In this document: piece by piece, positions 61,212 through 64,000 of the stretch
How positions within the stretch are numbered: position 1 is the first letter of the stretch
Layout of the letters: every line of letters starts with the position of its first letter
Assembly (NCBI GenBank): GCA_021613535.1
Contig: CP075493.1
Span: 4,216,001-4,280,000, forward strand
Reading direction: 5' to 3'
From: Adineta vaga
Taxonomy: Eukaryota; Animalia; Rotifera
DNA length: 64,000 nucleotides
Program-made: the position numbers and the translations under genes
Notes under the pieces: generated by a model
Databases searched by the model: none
What the model was told of the DNA's origin: nothing
The model's input: the letters and a program-made list of their open reading frames with translations, nothing else

Positions 61212-62000
61212 TTATATTAATTGTCTCTGAGAACTATCGTGTTGCATTCGAAGTCGATCACGTGATTCAATTCTACTCAGAATGCTAACAGCATCTAAAC
61301 TCATATTGTTTCTACTATTCTTGTCATTTTCATCATTATTTGTCTGTATAGTTTCTTTGCCACATAAGAATTGTTTGGTTTCTTGACGAAATGCTTTTGA
61401 TACGGAGACAAAGATGAAAAAAACATGCATAATGTGGAATATATCGTATTTATCGAACATTTCTCAATGTTATTATTGATAAAATAATAATGATAAGTCC
61501 AAAATTAATACTAAAAAACAAACATAGAATACGACATGAATTCAAAATAGAGTCCTGATATTTCGTAAGAACAAATAAATATCAACTTTGATCAACGTAT
61601 AAATATAGAAGAGAATCCAAAGAATTGTACCTATACTTAATGAAAAATATGCTAAACGTTTGGAACTCTACAAACGAGTATTTATATTTCGAAAAGACAG
61701 TAATAAACAGTCAATTGATGTAAAAATCAAAGTGTTAGGTAATCAAACTGCTAGAATATATGACATATAGTACAACAATTTACATAAAATCACGTGAGAA
61801 TTTTGTCCATTGTTATTATAACCATAGATGAAAAATGATGAAAGAAGTACACAATTCACATATGCTAAATTAACGACTAAACATTATTTCGCCATGATTT
61901 TGTCAGAAATATCAAAATATTTATAATCCTATCGATATGGCCTAGAATGTAAATAATAGAATCACCATATCGATAAAGATTAATATAACCGTTATTGAGA
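61212..62000 (-). pseudogene. Degraded tandem paralog of the 59961-60924 GPCR
   Basis: Fragments LCKLLYYMSYI, TSIDCLL, TRL*SSKRLAYFSLSIGTILWILFYI and FFIFVSVSKAFRQE, with multiple frameshifts, a stop and a TM6 deletion. Confidence 0.75.
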
Positions 62001-62262
62001 GGAGAAATACTGCACTGTATACAGAATAAACTCTTCTATTCTTTTTTTTTGGAAATTAAGACATTGATTGTTATAGATATTTTTTCAAGAAAGTCAAGTA
62101 TATCTTTTAGATTCCAAGAAAAGAAATTAAAATATCTTATTGTTAAATGAAAAGAATGAATTTATTATAATTAAGAAAAAGTAAAACAAATTATTTGTGT
62201 GTTAGACTTAATAGGTATAAAAAAATTCGTAGTCTATTGTAATCCACGAGATATCATTGGAT

Positions 62263-62574
62263 TTATTTGCCTGTTTTGATTTCCATACATTCATCAGGAC
62301 GAAATCGTTTCTTGATACAAATATTTGGCTTACAACAGGGGTTGATGCCAAACTTGCATCGAACACAATCTTTACCGATACTAAGTTCCCGTGTGTCTAA
62401 TGATCCAGCATCATCATCTTCTTCACTATCACGTGTTATAGAACGAAGAAACATTCGTGCTTTCTTGTCGGATAATTCCATATCATTGTCATTATCAAGA
62501 AAGAGACGTTTGGCATTTGAAGTTGAAATAATGCACACGAAAGCAATAGCAGCAAGAAGAATAAATGTTTTCAT
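62263..62574 (-). CDS. Secreted cystine-knot-like (C-C-CC-C-C) prepropeptide
   Basis: Signal peptide MKTFILLAAIAFVCIISTSNA, acidic propeptide ending LDTR, mature DCVRCKFGINPCCKPNICIKKRFRPDEC..GK. TATAAAAA lies upstream on the minus strand (~62657-62650). Confidence 0.8.
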   Translation of the reverse strand: MKTFILLAAIAFVCIISTSNAKRLFLDNDNDMELSDKKARMFLRSITRDSEEDDDAGSLDTRELSIGKDCVRCKFGINPCCKPNICIKKRFRPDECMEIKTGK

Positions 62575-64000
62575 ATTGATTTAAATAGAATCGAATGTTA
62601 CCCTGGTTGTGATGAATATTAAACTGAAGTCTGAGAGTAATTCCGCGTCTTTTTATACTATCGTCTCATTTCTCCTTTAAGGCAATTATCAAATATTTAA
62701 CTTATTCATCCGAAAGAAAGAATCACAGTATGTACACCGATCAGATCACAAGCACTCTTTTTTCGTTGTCGGCACTGTTGATATTATTCATGAGAAAGCT
62801 GATAAACATAAGTATTAAGAGAAGCGAATATGTCGTCGTTATATATTTGGCATTATACGATGAATTAAACAGCACAGCTTACATATGAAAGCTCATATTT
62901 CGTATTTCAAAATGATCGATACTTCATTTAATGTCATTGAGTACTTTTTATATATCTCTTTCTTTTTTTTTCTTCTAATCATGAATGATTATATAAACAT
63001 ATCTATTTCAACGAAATGATCTTATGTAGCAAATTGTCTAACATGAATAATCCGTATATTTTACAATGATCTACTATTTTGCATAACATATTGTAAAATA
63101 TATTCAATCACCATCATTACTCTTGTAACGACACGAGAAGGAAAAGACTTCATAACATAATCGACCAATCACCGTTTATTAATTTCTATTGACACAAGAA
63201 AAATATATTGTACTGGATAATTACGATAAATATCGTTTAATATTCTACAGAACGACTGGATACAAGAAATGATTAATCGCCAGGTTTCGAAATATAAAAT
63301 TCAAATGGGATCAATACGGACAGATTAGATTCTGATATGAATAATATTCACTCCGAAAATGTTTCAAGTTTCATAGTCTGTAAGATACAATCGATTAATA
63401 AATTCAATCCATGCCAGAGATCAGTAATTGTCAAGAAAAAAGCGAACGTTAGAACTCTCTTAAGACAATAACAAAAGAATTTGAAAAATCAACGATGTTG
63501 GATATAATTATATGTTGATAATGTTTGTCATTGATAAGATAAAGAAAACGATGGGTATTATGTGGGAAATAGTTTCATATGAATATTCTGAATGATAGTA
63601 TTTTTTTGAAGAAAATCAATTTTCAAAACAAAACTCATAGTCTCTAATACCTATCTGTTTCAAGGTGGAAATATTCTACAGATAGTAGAATATCAATGCG
63701 TACATTTCTTATTATAGTATTCCATCAAAATCATAAACTTTGACTTATTCTGAAGTATTCAAACATACAAAGGAGATTTGATCTTTTTCCAGTTTGCTTT
63801 CTATATTTAAAAAAAATGAAACTACACAATTTTGTTTTTTTCCATGCTGTTAAGTGGAAAATACCAACAAAACGTATTGCTTACTTTTTTCAGTATTGAG
63901 GAAAAGAATATGACTCATCAAACTATGTAGGAAGTAGGTAAAAACTAGGTTATGATTCAATACTATCAGTTACTACAGCACATGGTTACTTTTGTTCTTC

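Noticed and set aside
62267-62584. 105-aa + strand ORF
   Set aside because: Antisense shadow of the knottin precursor.
62950-63600. Weak F-box-like fragment (WHGLN..IDCILQTMKL) on the minus strand
   Set aside because: Too short and degenerate to call.
1-64000. Transposons, tRNA or rRNA genes
   Set aside because: No transposase/RT motifs, terminal repeats or structured RNA signatures were recognised by eye; short non-autonomous elements cannot be excluded.

Overview
Eukaryotic, very AT-rich, gene-dense DNA with short (~50-80 nt) GT-AG introns. The gene content (B-box/NHL, F-box/LRR, ART-LRR, orphan GPCRs, bacterial/fungal-type enzymes, divergent Argonaute) is most consistent with a bdelloid rotifer; this is an inference. 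About 30 genes or gene relics are present, and no rRNA, tRNA, CRISPR array or intact transposon was recognised. The best candidate for an undescribed system is a single ORF (17405-19267) fusing a 10-TM triose-phosphate/PEP-translocator-family transporter, an extra anchor helix and a bacterial ExoV-like polysaccharide pyruvyltransferase. It lies tail-to-tail with a PEP-producing GTP-PEPCK, suggesting a PEP supply, import and glycan-pyruvylation module in an animal. Other highlights are a multi-exon hedgehog-type Hint (Hog) protein missed by the ORF track, a probable ankyrin-oligoribonuclease-RBR E3 ligase fusion, a U12-type AT-AC intron, a catalytically degenerate ART-LRR, a MORN-NEURL4-like ART and a knottin-like prepropeptide. 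Several 1-nt frameshifts fall in short A/T runs and may be assembly errors. Family assignments rest on motif recognition by eye, without database searches.
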